DNA from: Owenia fusiformis
Taxonomy: Eukaryota
Reading direction: 5' to 3'
Length of the DNA stretch: 64,000 bases
Assembly (NCBI GenBank): GCA_903813345.2
Contig: CAIIXF020000001.1
Span: 2,790,001-2,854,000, forward strand
Part shown: one piece after another, positions 36,401 to 49,040 of the stretch
Layout of the letters: every line of letters begins with the position of its first letter
Numbering within the stretch: the first letter of the stretch is position 1
Made by a program: the position numbers and the translations under genes
The notes under the pieces: model-generated
Told to the model about the DNA's origin: nothing
Databases searched by the model: none
The model's input: only the letters and a program-made list of their open reading frames with translations

Positions 36401-39400
36401 CCTAAGTCTTAAATGTTTCATCTTTCTGTGCATGCTAGAATCTCATCTCTGAGATGGCAGTCTGTTATTTGTTCTTTCAATTTCATTTGATATGTTATTT
36501 ATGTGATTAAAATAGAAGTCTAAATGCATCAAGTTGATGCTTCTTGTCACATATTGAAGGGAAAATTAATGGTTTCTTGGGATTGCAGAATCTAATGAAG
36601 GTGTTAGCGCTTTCATCTGTATTTATTAGTCTGTAATGATACAATTACAGCCACAATCAGGAATCAGAATTGCTTAATGCAATGGTTAGCAGCTCAAGGT
36701 CTAGGTTAAAATTCTGTACCTTTGTGTTCTAACTAGAGGGAGGGGAGGTGGATACAAGATACATATGTCTTGTAGTCATGTTGCATACAAGTTGACATTA
36801 TACTCCCCGTTGAGCCGTTTTTCTCATTGTTCATATTCTATAACCCGACTCCTTATCTTTCATCAGGTACCATTGGAGGATATATGAGGGGATGTGATAT
36901 CATATGATATAAAAAGGATATGATTTTTGTCCAAGAGCAAATTCCAATAATTGCACAAGATGAGAATGTTTTCTTTAAATTCGATGAAAAAGTGATAACA
37001 TTTCTTCCCAAAATATGTATGATACAGAAAAGCTCCAAAGCACTATAAACTAATAAAGCCAGTCATTAATTCACCCAGGGGTGATTAATAGATACTCGTG
37101 TTGGCAGACAATTCTGTTTTAGAAGATTCAAAGAAAATACTTCAATTATTGATCAAGGAATTTGTAGACAGTTTGTCTGAGACGACCTTTATTAAATGCA
37201 GATTTGCATGCAAGTTGAAAACATTCTCATGGACAATTGTGACAAACATGGTAGGAACCGGTGTAAAACATTGTAACCAAGGTAACTGGTGTAAAACGTA
37301 AAACTAATATTTTTATTATCCTCAAATCTCCGCATTATGCCATTTTGGAATAGCAATCAGTTGGCCAAATATGAAGAAATTAATCCAAAGCTGGCACTGA
37401 GATAGTCAAATATCTTGAAACTCAAGAATCAATTAAGGAGATGCAAAATCAATTAAAAGTGATGATTCTGTTATGAGAGGAATTACACGAGGTATACGAT
37501 AAGTTATCAAAGTCACTTTCAATTTTTACGCTGCAATAAGCATCTGGATAGATTGGATCAAATGAATGTGGCCAGTTCTAATATACGACCATTTCATATA
37601 GTTTCTGAAGCTCTTGGCTGGCTTGGATTAGATTAACATTGCAATAGTGGACGTTTATCTTGGTCTTATTGCAAATCAATATGTAGAAGACACTTTAAGT
37701 TTCAAAGTTATTGATAACGTTGAAGGGTGCTTTTATCTCAAGCTGGTTTACCAATGGCACTTGGAGGGCATTCTAATGAATATTACATTCAAATTATCAT
37801 TGTTTCTCTGAACATTGTGTTTGTAATTAGAACAAATGGTTATCCTCTATGATACCGTTAGGGACAGAATTTTCAAAAACAGTCATCACCATTGGTAGTT
37901 TTTTCACAAAATTGTGTTGTATAAATGTTAATATTGTGTGAATTCAAAAGGAGATATGTTTTTCTAAATGAATGTGTTTTATTCGTAAACGAAGTAATTT
38001 GCATTTGAGGAGCAAAGTGTTATTTTGTAAACATGTTCAAAGCACTTTTTCTCTTCATCAGACACAATCCATTTATTTTCTCCATAATGGGTGAAAATGA
38101 ATGTCACTCGGATTGTCAGTGAGTGTCTATAGTGGAAGGTCAAAGTGATTCGAGACATGGGATTCTTCATAAATAAAATTGTGCGCTAGATTGAAGATGA
38201 TTTGATAAGATTTTAGTTTTTGCAAAATGGTATCTTGGTATCGGTCATGTTGTTCTTGCTTTAAACCAAAATAGGCATGAAATTAATCTAATCAGAAATA
38301 TTTGTGGGGTCATATGTCATTCATATATTTTAATAGAGAAGATGAAGTATTACGACTTTGTCCATATTTCAAGAATTATTGCCAGTTTGTTTCATAGTTG
38401 ATTACAAAAGGAGGTGTATCATTAGTTGCTTGTCACAGTTAAGAATATATATTGCCATAAAACTCTCGCATAGTTATTGTTCGCTTCATTTGACATGTTC
38501 ATTAATATTTGCCGCCTGGCTAAGTCTCTCTATAACCCCATGCTTGCTTTAAAACACCAAGGGATTTACAGGTCACGTTAAAAGCGAGTGTTTAATGGCG
38601 ATTGATTCTACAGTTATATCTTGATCTACGTCATCAATCCAATTTATTAATTCAATTTCCGAAAAAAATAATTTGATAACTGCCACAATTTTATAAAATA
38701 TTCTTATCGCCAAGGGTGATGTCTATGAAACGCATTGTAAATATTGATACAGATACATTTTCTTAAAATGTACCAATTGAAAGCAATAAATGCTGTACCA
38801 CAAATCATACCTTTTGAAAGCTATATATTATGATGAGTTGAAGTTGTTCAAAACCAGTAACTGGGTGGTATCAAAAAATTATATATGTTCAGAAATTTTT
38901 GATTTGAGCGATTATAGCGAATATTAAAGGCAGTAAGTTGATATTAAAACTTGGAGAAGATATTACAGAATCAGGAAATATTCTTTTGTCGAGTCTAACA
39001 TCTTTTTAATTTAACTGATTTGCGTTTGGGAAATCTTTGAGTCTTAAAGCCCATGATTAATTTAAACCCATTAGAGAAACATTCCATTTGGGACCTTCCA
39101 AACCAGGGCTCCATCTCTTGCCATTTAGTTTCTTCGGCACAAATATTTCTTCAAACTGACAAAGAATAACAAAAAATATCAAACTAATTTTTATATCTCT
39201 TTTGGGAATAAAAGCCTAGACTTAAGTTACTTCATCTAATTAAAGTGACAATGAGTTATATAAGTGAATGGTTGAGCCTCACTTCTTGCATATAATATAT
39301 TCCGTAATGGCTGGTCACATCACTCTCATTAGCAAGGGCCTCTGAACTGAATTGCAGTAAAAGTCATGCAGGATGAGCTATATTGTCCGCACTTGCTTTT

Positions 39401-39962
39401 AATCTTGCATGAAATCCCTGTATTATGTATGATATCCCCAACTGGCTTGGGACGTGTATATAACATGGGACTGATGATTTAAAGTGGCGGTAAAGAAAAG
39501 ATAGTGTAAGATGATAGAAACAATCTTTTCAAAAAGCATTCTCACTTATGGAAGGTATTGAAGATTCCAGATGCAGAAAAGTCAAAATTCAATAGAATCA
39601 GAAAAGGGGGCTCTGTTTTTTTTCGCTTTATAACTTTAATAATCAAATCATCAAGTCAAATCATTATCGTGAAGTAAAAGTAAAGTCAGAATTATTGGAT
39701 GTTTTAGAAAATAAAAATAAATTGCAAAATCATATCAATTTATGAAAAGTTAATCGTAACTTGTCTTGAGTCTTTGTTGCCCCTTTTTGTAAGAATATTA
39801 CTTTTAGCTCCATCAGAAAAATTGCTTCAGTTCTATATCAAGTATTCTCGGGTGAAGATGATATTTTTCAATTGAGAGCTCACGTTCCAAGTTTCACATT
39901 GAGCGTATCTGAATTCTGTTAGATTAGCTTTGGAATGATAACAAAACCAACATTTGGATGTA

Positions 39963-40132
39963 GAGTAAAACCTGTATATCTGAACACCATTCTAATCTGA
40001 ACAAATCTTAATGTGAACACATTTTAGGTCCCACTTAGGCTTCTATGTTAAAAAATCTTGAAATGTGAACACCTGCCAATGTGAACTCTTTTGGCTGGTC
40101 CCAGTCGTGCTCTGATTAGACAGGTTTTACTG
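39963..40132. mobile_element. Family A Tc1/mariner-type MITE
   Basis: TA|GAGTAAAACCTGT...ACAGGTTTTACTG|TA. Confidence 0.75.
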
Positions 40133-40556
40133 TATCTTGCCTAGTATTATATAGAGTTGTTCCTATAATCATTTGCCAATTTGTATGAGTTTTACATGTG
40201 ATAGCTTTACTCAGTTACTTATTGGATATTATCAAAATGATGTATTGTAATTGTATATAATTATTATAGAATGTTATTACATGCATCCATACGTGTCTGT
40301 ATCACGTTGTCTGCCATGCTGCATTGTGAAGAAAATCTGCCTTGTGTGCTATTACATTTAACTTATTTTTCTCATTCTCCAGCAAGCAATCTTTGTTAAG
40401 GGATATATACAAGCCCATGGTATGGGAATCAAGCCCATAGCCTCTAGGCTACACATGATCTTTTCGCAAGAGATCCCATTATCTTTACCAGTTTAACTTA
40501 ACCCTATGGCTTGATTTGTCATTTGAGCTCATTTGAGAATTGTTTTTGTTTTTCAG

Positions 40557-40676
40557 ATCCCGTCCATTGTGCGTTCCATGTCGCACCAAGACATCTTGTC
40601 TCTTCAACAACAGACCCAACTTCTATGGGACTCTTACTTTGCTTCCATTGACAGCATTGTCGACACAACTTTGGAG
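40557..40676 (+). CDS. EXT1: Exostosin-1 exon 4 (IPSIVRSMSHQDILSLQQQTQLLWDSYFASIDSIVDTTLE)
   Basis: tttcag|...GAG|gtaaga, 120 nt. Confidence 0.95.
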
Positions 40677-41970
40677 GTAAGATACCATGAGATCCTTAGT
40701 CTCAGACAACTAGGATGATATATTTATCTTCCCTCTAAAATTAAGCTAGGAGTAGTAATAGGAGAATTAAATACAATCTGGATCTTCTGAGAGGGATATT
40801 AACTCTTAATAAAGGATGAAGATCCTACATTGTTTTATTTTCCTGACACTAAATAGGTGACACTTGAATAAATGAACAAATACAATATACATAGTATACT
40901 CTCATCTTACATAAAATCATTTTAATGAGTTGATCTTTCAATGACCCAAGATTACTACTTTTTGAGTTGAATTTGAGGTTAATAAAACAATGAATTATTT
41001 CCCAGTAAGTTAAGAATAAACATGAGTTTACAAATCGAAATTCGCTGATATTGTCCAAGGAAAGACAATGCCATGCACCCTATTATTTTTGTTTTCAAAC
41101 CTGGTATCATTATGGCCCAGCACACAATATGATGGCATTTGTGAGTGACTATGATCTCCATATACATTCCTGGTCCCAAATGTTTATTCATTCATATTTC
41201 AAGAAATCAAGTAGGTGCTGAATAAGCGCCAAATTACATTGTCTCACAGTGTCAATAGTTTAAATCTTTGTTTATAAATATATCTGGAGTTTATTTAATG
41301 ACAATTTATTACAACACATTAAGTTCTAAAAGAGGTGTATATTTGTAGTCAGTCTAATTGGCTCTAATCCTTTATTTAAGGAGTTATACAGGTAACAACC
41401 AAAACCAGTAAAAGTAAACATTGACACAAGTCGTGTTTTATGATAGGTGAAGAGTCTAAAGGTTGGCTCACCCTTTAAAGGAATGTTATTCTCCAGATTG
41501 TCTGTAGATAGCAATGTGCAGTTAGCTGTATAATATACAAAGAATTGTATCCCTTTAAAGAGCCACTTAAGCAAAAAATGTAGGCAGTCAGTGTGTTTGT
41601 TTGCTTTATGTGAGTGTATCCAACTTCTGTAATTATTCACTTTGTCAGTTTATATTCTCATATTATAGATATATATTGACTTATTGGGTCGTGCCAACTT
41701 ATTTGTAAGTAAGAAAATTATTTGCGCACTTTGGGGAAATGTCATTTTCTCATACGCATAATAACAGAAGAATCAATCTTAGATATTTCTGAGATAAAAC
41801 ATTGTTTTTAATGTTAATGTCAAACTAAGATGTCGAAATGACAAATGTTTTTTGGATCCTGTTTTCTATATGCTCTATGTCCCCTTGGGGTTTGAATTTG
41901 GGTTTTTGTTGACTGTGCTGAGTTGTGAACAAGTTGTTGAGTTGTGAACATGTAATGTTATGAATACATA

Positions 41971-42193
41971 CACTCCCCTCCATAAGTCTGGCAACTGAAA
42001 GTCCCCCTATTAATCACTCTTCAAAACCTATTTATGTTTTAAGACTGTGATTTAAAAAGAATCATCAGATTTACCATAATTATGAATATCCAAATAATTG
42101 CAATTAATGAGCAAAATTAAGATTCAAACATTGCCAGGCTTTTATATGCAATCCAATGAAAACCTCTGGTTGCCAAACTTATGGAGGGGAGTG
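41971..42193. mobile_element. Tc1/mariner-type MITE
   Basis: 25-bp TIR CACTCCCCTCCATAAGTYTGGCAAC (1 mismatch) with TA TSD on both sides. Confidence 0.85.
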
Positions 42194-42435
42194 TACATAC
42201 TTGGCCATTTGGATGCACAGACCATATTTCCTTATATTATGTAATTATGATGTGTATCTAAGATACTACTGTGCTTTATAAATGGATATTGGGAACTACT
42301 TACTCAATATATATTTTTGAATATGATATTTGATGTCCCTACAGGGTGTCCAATAACTTGAGAAAACACTGTTCATAATACAGAATATTCACTAAGTTTA
42401 TATTACAATGATTTATTGATGATTTGTTTTTTCAG

Positions 42436-42684
42436 ATACTGAAAGATCGTGTCATGCTCCACCGTCGATCCAGCCTCGTTTGGAATAGTGTACCAGGTGG
42501 ACTGTCTTCCGTGCCAGACTATTCTGACAATATACAGAGTCTGCCTTTTTATTACCACTATCTGGGCCGGGAACCTGGATTGAAGTTTACTGCTGTAGTA
42601 TATGCTACAAATTGTATTTTGCTCACTAGTTCACCTTTGTATAAACTACTAAAAAATATAGGCAAATCACAGTCATTAGATAGG
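42436..42684 (+). CDS. EXT1: Exostosin-1 exon 5 (ILKDRV...WNSVPGGL...PFYY...FTAVV...SLDR)
   Basis: tttcag|...AGG|gtgagt, 249 nt; linker and start of the GT64 domain. Confidence 0.95.
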
Positions 42685-43292
42685 GTGAGTGGGTGCTAAG
42701 AGACTGATGGTGTTCAAATGTTAACAATTTGAGAAAAAAATTTGTTATGGTAACCTCCCTATTCCTTCCATAATTTGAAACTAGATTTACTATTCACATT
42801 CTAGCATCGAAAATTAATATTTTGCGCTATCCGAATTGCCATTTCCCTCTCCTATACATTGGAATTAATTTCAATCTTCCATATTGGTGGGCATATGAAC
42901 ACCATCGCCAACTGGTCAACAGAGTTTGATTCAGAATGTCTGATAAAAGTAACTCAACAGTACATGTTGATCACAACTCTAGAATGATGATAATATACTA
43001 TTGTATACATATCCACTGTAAGAGCCTGTTTCTCAACTATATTGCAGCTCTCAATTTGTCAAATTCAATATCAGCCATTGGTTCATGAATTTGTGATAGG
43101 CAATTAAATTTGAATCCGCCTTATCTGTATGTTTCACCAGATGTTTGAAAATAAATAAATGAAATGAAATGAAAATGAATTTCACGCATGGTTCTCCAAA
43201 ATATAGTGCTTTCTTAATCAAGGGGAGGTATTAAATAATGAAGATCTATTAGACCATGATTGTTTATTAAACTTTTCTGTGGTCTGTTTCAG

Positions 43293-43400
43293 ATAATTAT
43301 TATATGGCACTGCGATACCCCTCCACCCCCTTGGAATCGCTGGCCATTGGAGTCCAGTACGCCAATACATATTGTACAGAGTCATAAGTCATATGTACGG
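43293..43400 (+). CDS. EXT1: Exostosin-1 exon 6 (IIIIWHCDTPPPPWNRWP...)
   Basis: tttcag|...CGG|gtgagt, 108 nt. Confidence 0.9.
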
Positions 43401-43451
43401 GTGAGTACACATTGTAAATATATTGATATGAACAAAGTGTATAATATACTT

Positions 43452-43951
43452 TATACCACTCTAAGTCCAATTACAGTTGTATAACATGGGTCTATAACAA
43501 CGATATACAGTGGAGAGTGGTATATCGTCATCGTATACAACTCCTCCGTATACACTCCAGCGTATACCACTGTAGAAGTGCATTCTGGGAACTAATGAAT
43601 AAAAAAAATCATGAAAATTTTCATGATTTCCTAGAATCAAGTGACGTCATAAATGGTGCCGGCATGATTTGCTAGAATCAAGCCACGTCATAAATGGTTC
43701 GAGATCAACATCAGCATTATTGAGTTGGCTATGGGATATTTTTATGGTTTTTATTGTCGATTGTGTTCGAATCAACTGTACATTGAACTTAGAGTGGCAT
43801 AATAAGATTATATAATGGTTCATTCTGTATATCGTGCATTTTATACTCTTGTGAGAATATACTATATTCACTCGTTCGCTACGCTCACTTGTGAATATAT
43901 AACATACTCACTCGAGTATAAACACGATATACAGAAAGAACCATTATATAA
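43452..43951. mobile_element. Non-autonomous element: ~30-bp inverted repeats (about 43452-43802) followed by a ~144-bp palindrome (43808-43951)
   Basis: TTATACCACTCTAAGTCCAATTACAGTTG pairs with CAACTGTACATTGAACTTAGAGTGGCATAA. The palindrome arms of about 65 bp surround TCGCTACGCTC. Confidence 0.6.
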
Positions 43952-44173
43952 CCTCATAGTATATAAGAGATGGTATATAGTGTACAATGTAAGATATGTC
44001 AAAATATGCTCTATGTGCTCTATTCAATAATAGTTCTTTATTCCATAATTATTGGATATACCAATAATATTAACATTAATATAGTATTTGAAGACCAATC
44101 CCTCCTCTGCATAATCCTGGGATGGTATATTTTATATTCATCAGTTACAATATGTTTGTCATATTAATATCTA

Positions 44174-44351
44174 CAGTAAAACCTCTATATCAGAACACCT
44201 GTCTAATTTGAACACCCTTAAACACTTTTTCTCAGTCCCTAATTTATTATTTCCCATTGACTCACATGTTAAAAATTTGCGATATGAACACCTGCTAATC
44301 TGAACACTTTTGGCCAGTCCGATTGGTGTTCATATTAGACAGGTTTTACTG
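44174..44351. mobile_element. Family A Tc1/mariner-type MITE (well preserved)
   Basis: TA|CAGTAAAACCT...ACAGGTTTTACTG|TA. Confidence 0.8.
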
Positions 44352-45798
44352 TATTTTATATCTGCACTCTGCAGTAATACTTTAATGATGAACTATAATA
44401 CTTGAAGTCTGTGGGAACATACAATAAGTACTGTATTTGATAGTTCTCGGGGTAATTGATTAAACGCCTACTAAGTCTCATCTATAAACATTTATCCTAA
44501 TACGGCAGCACTGCCTGATAAGCTAGCTATGTAAATTATTACTAGTTGTTAGGTGCATTTTTGTTTTCTCCATTACATCTTATATATTCTACACGTATCC
44601 TGCTTTTTCACAATGTTTCTAAAAAATATTTGAATAGAATAGTTGAAATTCCGACATTGAATTGTAATTGAGGGGGTTAATTACATATGCCAACTATATG
44701 AATTCCCTCTCTTCTCACAATACGTTGTTTTACACAAGACACAAAAGCGCCATGATGTTTTATGTCTCGGCAGACAGCAACACGGTGAGGTGGGATGGGA
44801 GATTAATGTTATTATGATTCAACAGATAACAGTTTACAAACAAACCCAAAGTGTTGCTGTGCTAAACTTAGACCTGGTTTGTATTTTGGGAATTATAACT
44901 AAACTTATAGTGTTATATCATTCAAGGGATGTTGCCAAATTACCAAAATATACATTTACATAAAAACTTCATTATCAGAAATTAATAGGGTCGTTTGAAC
45001 CATTACTGCAACGTGGATATTGATTTTGGTCACAATGAAATCTTCTTTAGCTTTGTGTGTCTCTGCAGTCATTTGTTTCAATAATTAACTTTTACGACAC
45101 AATCGACACATTTTGGATAATTGTATATGTTCCCTTGTGCTATCGTTGTAAATAGGCAGGCAATGGTTTGAAATAGATAGGATGTTCAGGTGTACCTGAC
45201 TGGTGCACTGTATCTATGCTACACCTGGTATAACAGTGGGTTGATATAGCTACCTACTAACAGGTCCCTAAAATCAGAGCATCTAGCTTGTTATAATGCT
45301 ATAATATAGAACATTCAGGGGGGATACAAAACCTCAGGATTTCTCTGCAGCACTTCATCTCTGTGTATACATTGTGATAGTCATCACATCTTTCTGTTTC
45401 AAACTATCAAACATCTTGATAAAAGCCTGTGATCTTTTACTATGCTTTGATACATTTAAGGCAAAGTTTAGAGAACATGATGAGTGAGTGTCTGCAGCAG
45501 GTATTACCATGGAGATCATATAACAAAGAGGGGTGTAGATATACTTTTAATTAGCTGAGAGGTGTGGAACTGAATCCATGAGGTTAAAGGGGAATAATCT
45601 TGTATCACCATCAGATCAGTCATGTTCAGATTGCAATATTTCTCAAGTTGACAACATGTTTGTCTCAGATGATCACATGGTGGTTAGGCTATACCTTGAT
45701 TAAATCTAGGAGTTGTATGGGAAACCTCACCTGCTCCCCTCTTATGCCTTCCTACTCTGGGAGGTGTCCGTCATTTCAGAAAAATATTGGTATGACTA

Positions 45799-47240
45799 CA
45801 GTAAAACCTGTATATTCAAACACCTGTCTTATCTGAACACCTCTCAATGTGAACACTTTTTATTATCCCATCGAACGAAGTTCGGAGGGATATAGGGAAC
45901 GCCTCCGTCCGTCCGTACGTACGTACGTCCGTCCGTCCGTCTGTCCGTCCGTCCGTCCGTCCGGGCAATAACTCAAATACCGTTGGCCCGATTTTGTTCA
46001 TATTTCGTACACATATACCCTATGGGGGTAGAAGTTCTGCTCGAAAGCCGATTTTCAAAATGGCCGCTCATTTCAAAATGGCGGCCATTTTAGTGACGAT
46101 TTTACAGTAATTTAGGTGCAATATGTAAAACTGTAATAGCAATATGTTTTAAATGTAAAAAAATTATAAAGGACATTAATAATGCTACAAATGTAGATAT
46201 TAAAAAGCACATGGCAGCCATCTTGAAAAATGGCGGCCTTTACTCGTCATTTTACGATTTTTGCTGTAACTCAAAAAATAGTGGAGCGATTTTGTTCATA
46301 TTTGGTGTGTGAATACTATAAGCATTGCACACTGTCTAAAGACACTTTTGGTAGAAGGTGGCCATTTTGAAAAATGGCCACCATTTTAACGTATTTTACT
46401 ATAACTCGAAAAGTAGTGGAGCGATTTTGTTCATATTTGGTATGTGAATACTATAAGCATGGCACACTGTCCTATGACACTTTTGGTAGAAGGCGGCCAT
46501 TTTGAAAACAATTTTGAAAAATGGCCGCCATTTTAATGTATTTTACATAACTCGAAAAGTAGTTGAGCGATTTTGTTCGTATTTGGTATGTGAATACTAT
46601 AAGCATGGCACACTGTCCTATGACACTTTTGGTAGAAGGTGGCCATTTTGAAAACAATTTTGAAAAATGGCCGCCATTTTAACGTATTTTACTAATACTC
46701 GAAAAGTAGTGGAGCGATTTTGTTCATATTTGGTATGTGAATACTATAAGCATGGAACACCGTCTATTTCTAATGACGCTTTTGGTAGAAGGTGGCCATT
46801 TTGAAAAATGGCTATTCTACTATAACTCGAAAAGTAGTGGAGTGATTTTGTTCATATTTGATATGTGAATACTTTAAGCATGGCACATTGTCTAATAAAA
46901 CTTTGAGGAGTAGTCGGCCATTTTGAAAAATGGCCACCATTTTTATGTGTGTTATTTTACAAGTACGTGTGCAATTTTTCAAAATATTTTAGAGGTGGCT
47001 ACTTAAAAGCATATTATTTCTTCTGATGACAACTTGGCTAGTGAGCAACCATTTTGAAAATGGTGGCTTTTCTGGTGTGTTGTTTTATGATATTTGCACT
47101 TCGTTTGTAAAAATGCCAGCCATTTCTGTTCGATGGGATTCGCTACGCTTTGGCATTGCCGTTGTTCTTGTTGGTCCCTGATCTCCCATTGACTAATATA
47201 TTGAGAAAACTATGTGAATACTTGCTAATCTGAACACTTC
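45799..47240. mobile_element. Family A MITE split by the Helentron-like insertion
   Basis: Left part CAGTAAAACCTGT...GAACACTTT (45799-45860) resumes as GGTCCC..CCCATTGACT..CTAATCTGAACAC from about 47173, collinear with the copy at 44174. Confidence 0.7.
45861..47172 (+). mobile_element. Non-autonomous Helentron/DINE-1-like rolling-circle element with internal ~130-147-bp tandem core repeats
   Basis: Subterminal IR ATCCCATCGAAC (45865-45876) / GTTCGATGGGAT (47128-47139); 5' stem-loop; (GTCC)n/(GTAC)n microsatellite at about 45905-45962; cores at about 46266, 46401, 46547, 46694 and 46822; 3' hairpin GGCATTGCC; T-rich ends, no TSD. Confidence 0.85.
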
Positions 47241-47290
47241 AGATTCATCCTTAGTAGGTATGCAAGGGTAATAAGGACTTCAACAACCTT

Positions 47291-47365
47291 AGAATGGTCC
47301 ATCCCTGAGTGAGCCCCAGAATGGCCCATCCCTTAGTGAACCCCAGAATGGTCCATCCCTTAGTG
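47291..47365. repeat. ~26-27-bp tandem repeat x3 (AGAATGGTCCATCCCTTAGTGAACCCC)
   Basis: Three units visible. Confidence 0.8.
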
Positions 47366-48399
47366 ATGTTGCCAGCCCCAAAGGATAACAAAGCCTAGAT
47401 TAACACTTCTAAAACTAAACCACCCAAAGTTTACATAACATAAAATAATAACATTGTCTGCAATTGTCATTAAAGAAGAAAAAGACAAAACACATAGGAA
47501 ATAAAATTACAAGTATACACTCTAAAACAATGTGCAATTAGAGGTTATCATACTTATCATAATAATGTCAGTTTGACAATTTATATTGATTGATATCATA
47601 CGGTTGTGTCTGATGTTATGTTTTCTTTTGATGCAGTTCAGTTTCACAGGGGATTCTGTTATTAATACGCACTTATTTGTACAAGAAAAAATGTTGCTCT
47701 GACATTCCATGAAGGAACACACACAGTGACTCTATTCTCTTCAAGGTCAAATTGCCCTTCTCTTGAGACTAAATATTACCCTTGTATCTCAAAAAACATC
47801 ATACTTAAAGTTGTTTGTACTTAATTAAACGTTAATTCCAAAAGATCTTTGCCCTAGAAGGATGTACTTATGTGATATCTTATTCTAGTGTTTTCAAGCT
47901 CTTGTGTCTGTCTGAAACCAGGTAAAACAGTCTGAACCTCAGGTGACCTGAGAATCAGAGAAGCCACTTTATTTTTGAAGTCAAGTTGATTTTGAATTGA
48001 TTTGCAAGAACTCGTACATCAGCATTATTGTGGTAAGACACCCAGGCACCCCTAGTTCTCCGTGACTTCTGGTCCCAAAGCGATTTCAATCATCGGTGTA
48101 ACTTTTTTATCTTGTAATACTGTTGTATTGTGTTTATAATTGAAATGTAATATCCAGTTAAACTTACATTGGGCTTGGGACACTGTATTTGCTGTAATTG
48201 GAGGTGCCAAATATCCTGCCAAATATAGATGGCGTACTATGACGGTTTGGAGCCTTGGACATTTAGAACTAGAAATGCTCATTTTGAAGACTCTGGTTGA
48301 TATTTCTGAGATGGCACATTCACTGCTTTTTCTGTAATTTTCCATAGATTTCTTTAAAAAGATATTAAAGAAGGAGGTTTTGATTATTACTAAACATAT

Positions 48400-49040
48400 C
48401 TCCCTGGTGATGGCGCTGTGCATATTGGTATCATTGAATGTTTCAGCATGTGTATTGGTAGAGTTGTTTCAAGATGTATTAAATCCATCTAAATTAGCTC
48501 TCATTTACTCAATCTTCATAGAATATCTTAAAGCATGTTGGTGACAAGCTTTTTGGCAGATAAGTTTTGGATGTAGGATGTGGTAGCCAGTGTTATTTCA
48601 GTCTTTGTGGAAATTCTTATTTCTGTAATTTGATGCCTCGCAGAATTTGCGATCAGTTGAACTTTGTGGTGATCTGTTGAAAGATACCTCATGTGGTTCC
48701 CATACTCACAGGGAGTAAAGAAAACATCACATCCAGTAAATATTACGTGATATCATTAAATAGAAATTGGCATTATCTGGAATTCTTGCAACTCATTCAG
48801 TTCATTTATAAAAAAGTTAGAAAGGTCATGAGAGAGTGGCTGTGGCATCCACTGTTTAGACTATCATTTGTCTTCTTCTATAGGCTGCTGGGAATCATTT
48901 CACGATTGTTATTTTTCTCATCACATGACTGTTCAGTAACGGGAAAGCACCGATGCCTCGCAACCAAAGATGTCCTAGCAAAATTCAGATTCTTATTAGT
49001 TAGGTTAGGGCTTATTAGGGTTTTCTTCGGCCATCTTCGT
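48400..49040 (-). pseudogene. Possible decayed intronless TRIM/RBCC-like pseudogene in EXT1 intron 6
   Basis: AAGATGGCCGAAG start-like context at about 49035. Minus-strand fragments LSNFFINELNE (post-RING-like) and TGCDVFFTPCEYGNHMRYLSTDHHKVQLI (B-box-like), with many stops and frameshifts. Confidence 0.35.

Noticed and set aside
36675-36720. Weak tRNA/SINE-like A- and B-box words
   Set aside because: No cloverleaf and a poor B-box; no tRNA or rRNA genes could be supported anywhere in the window.
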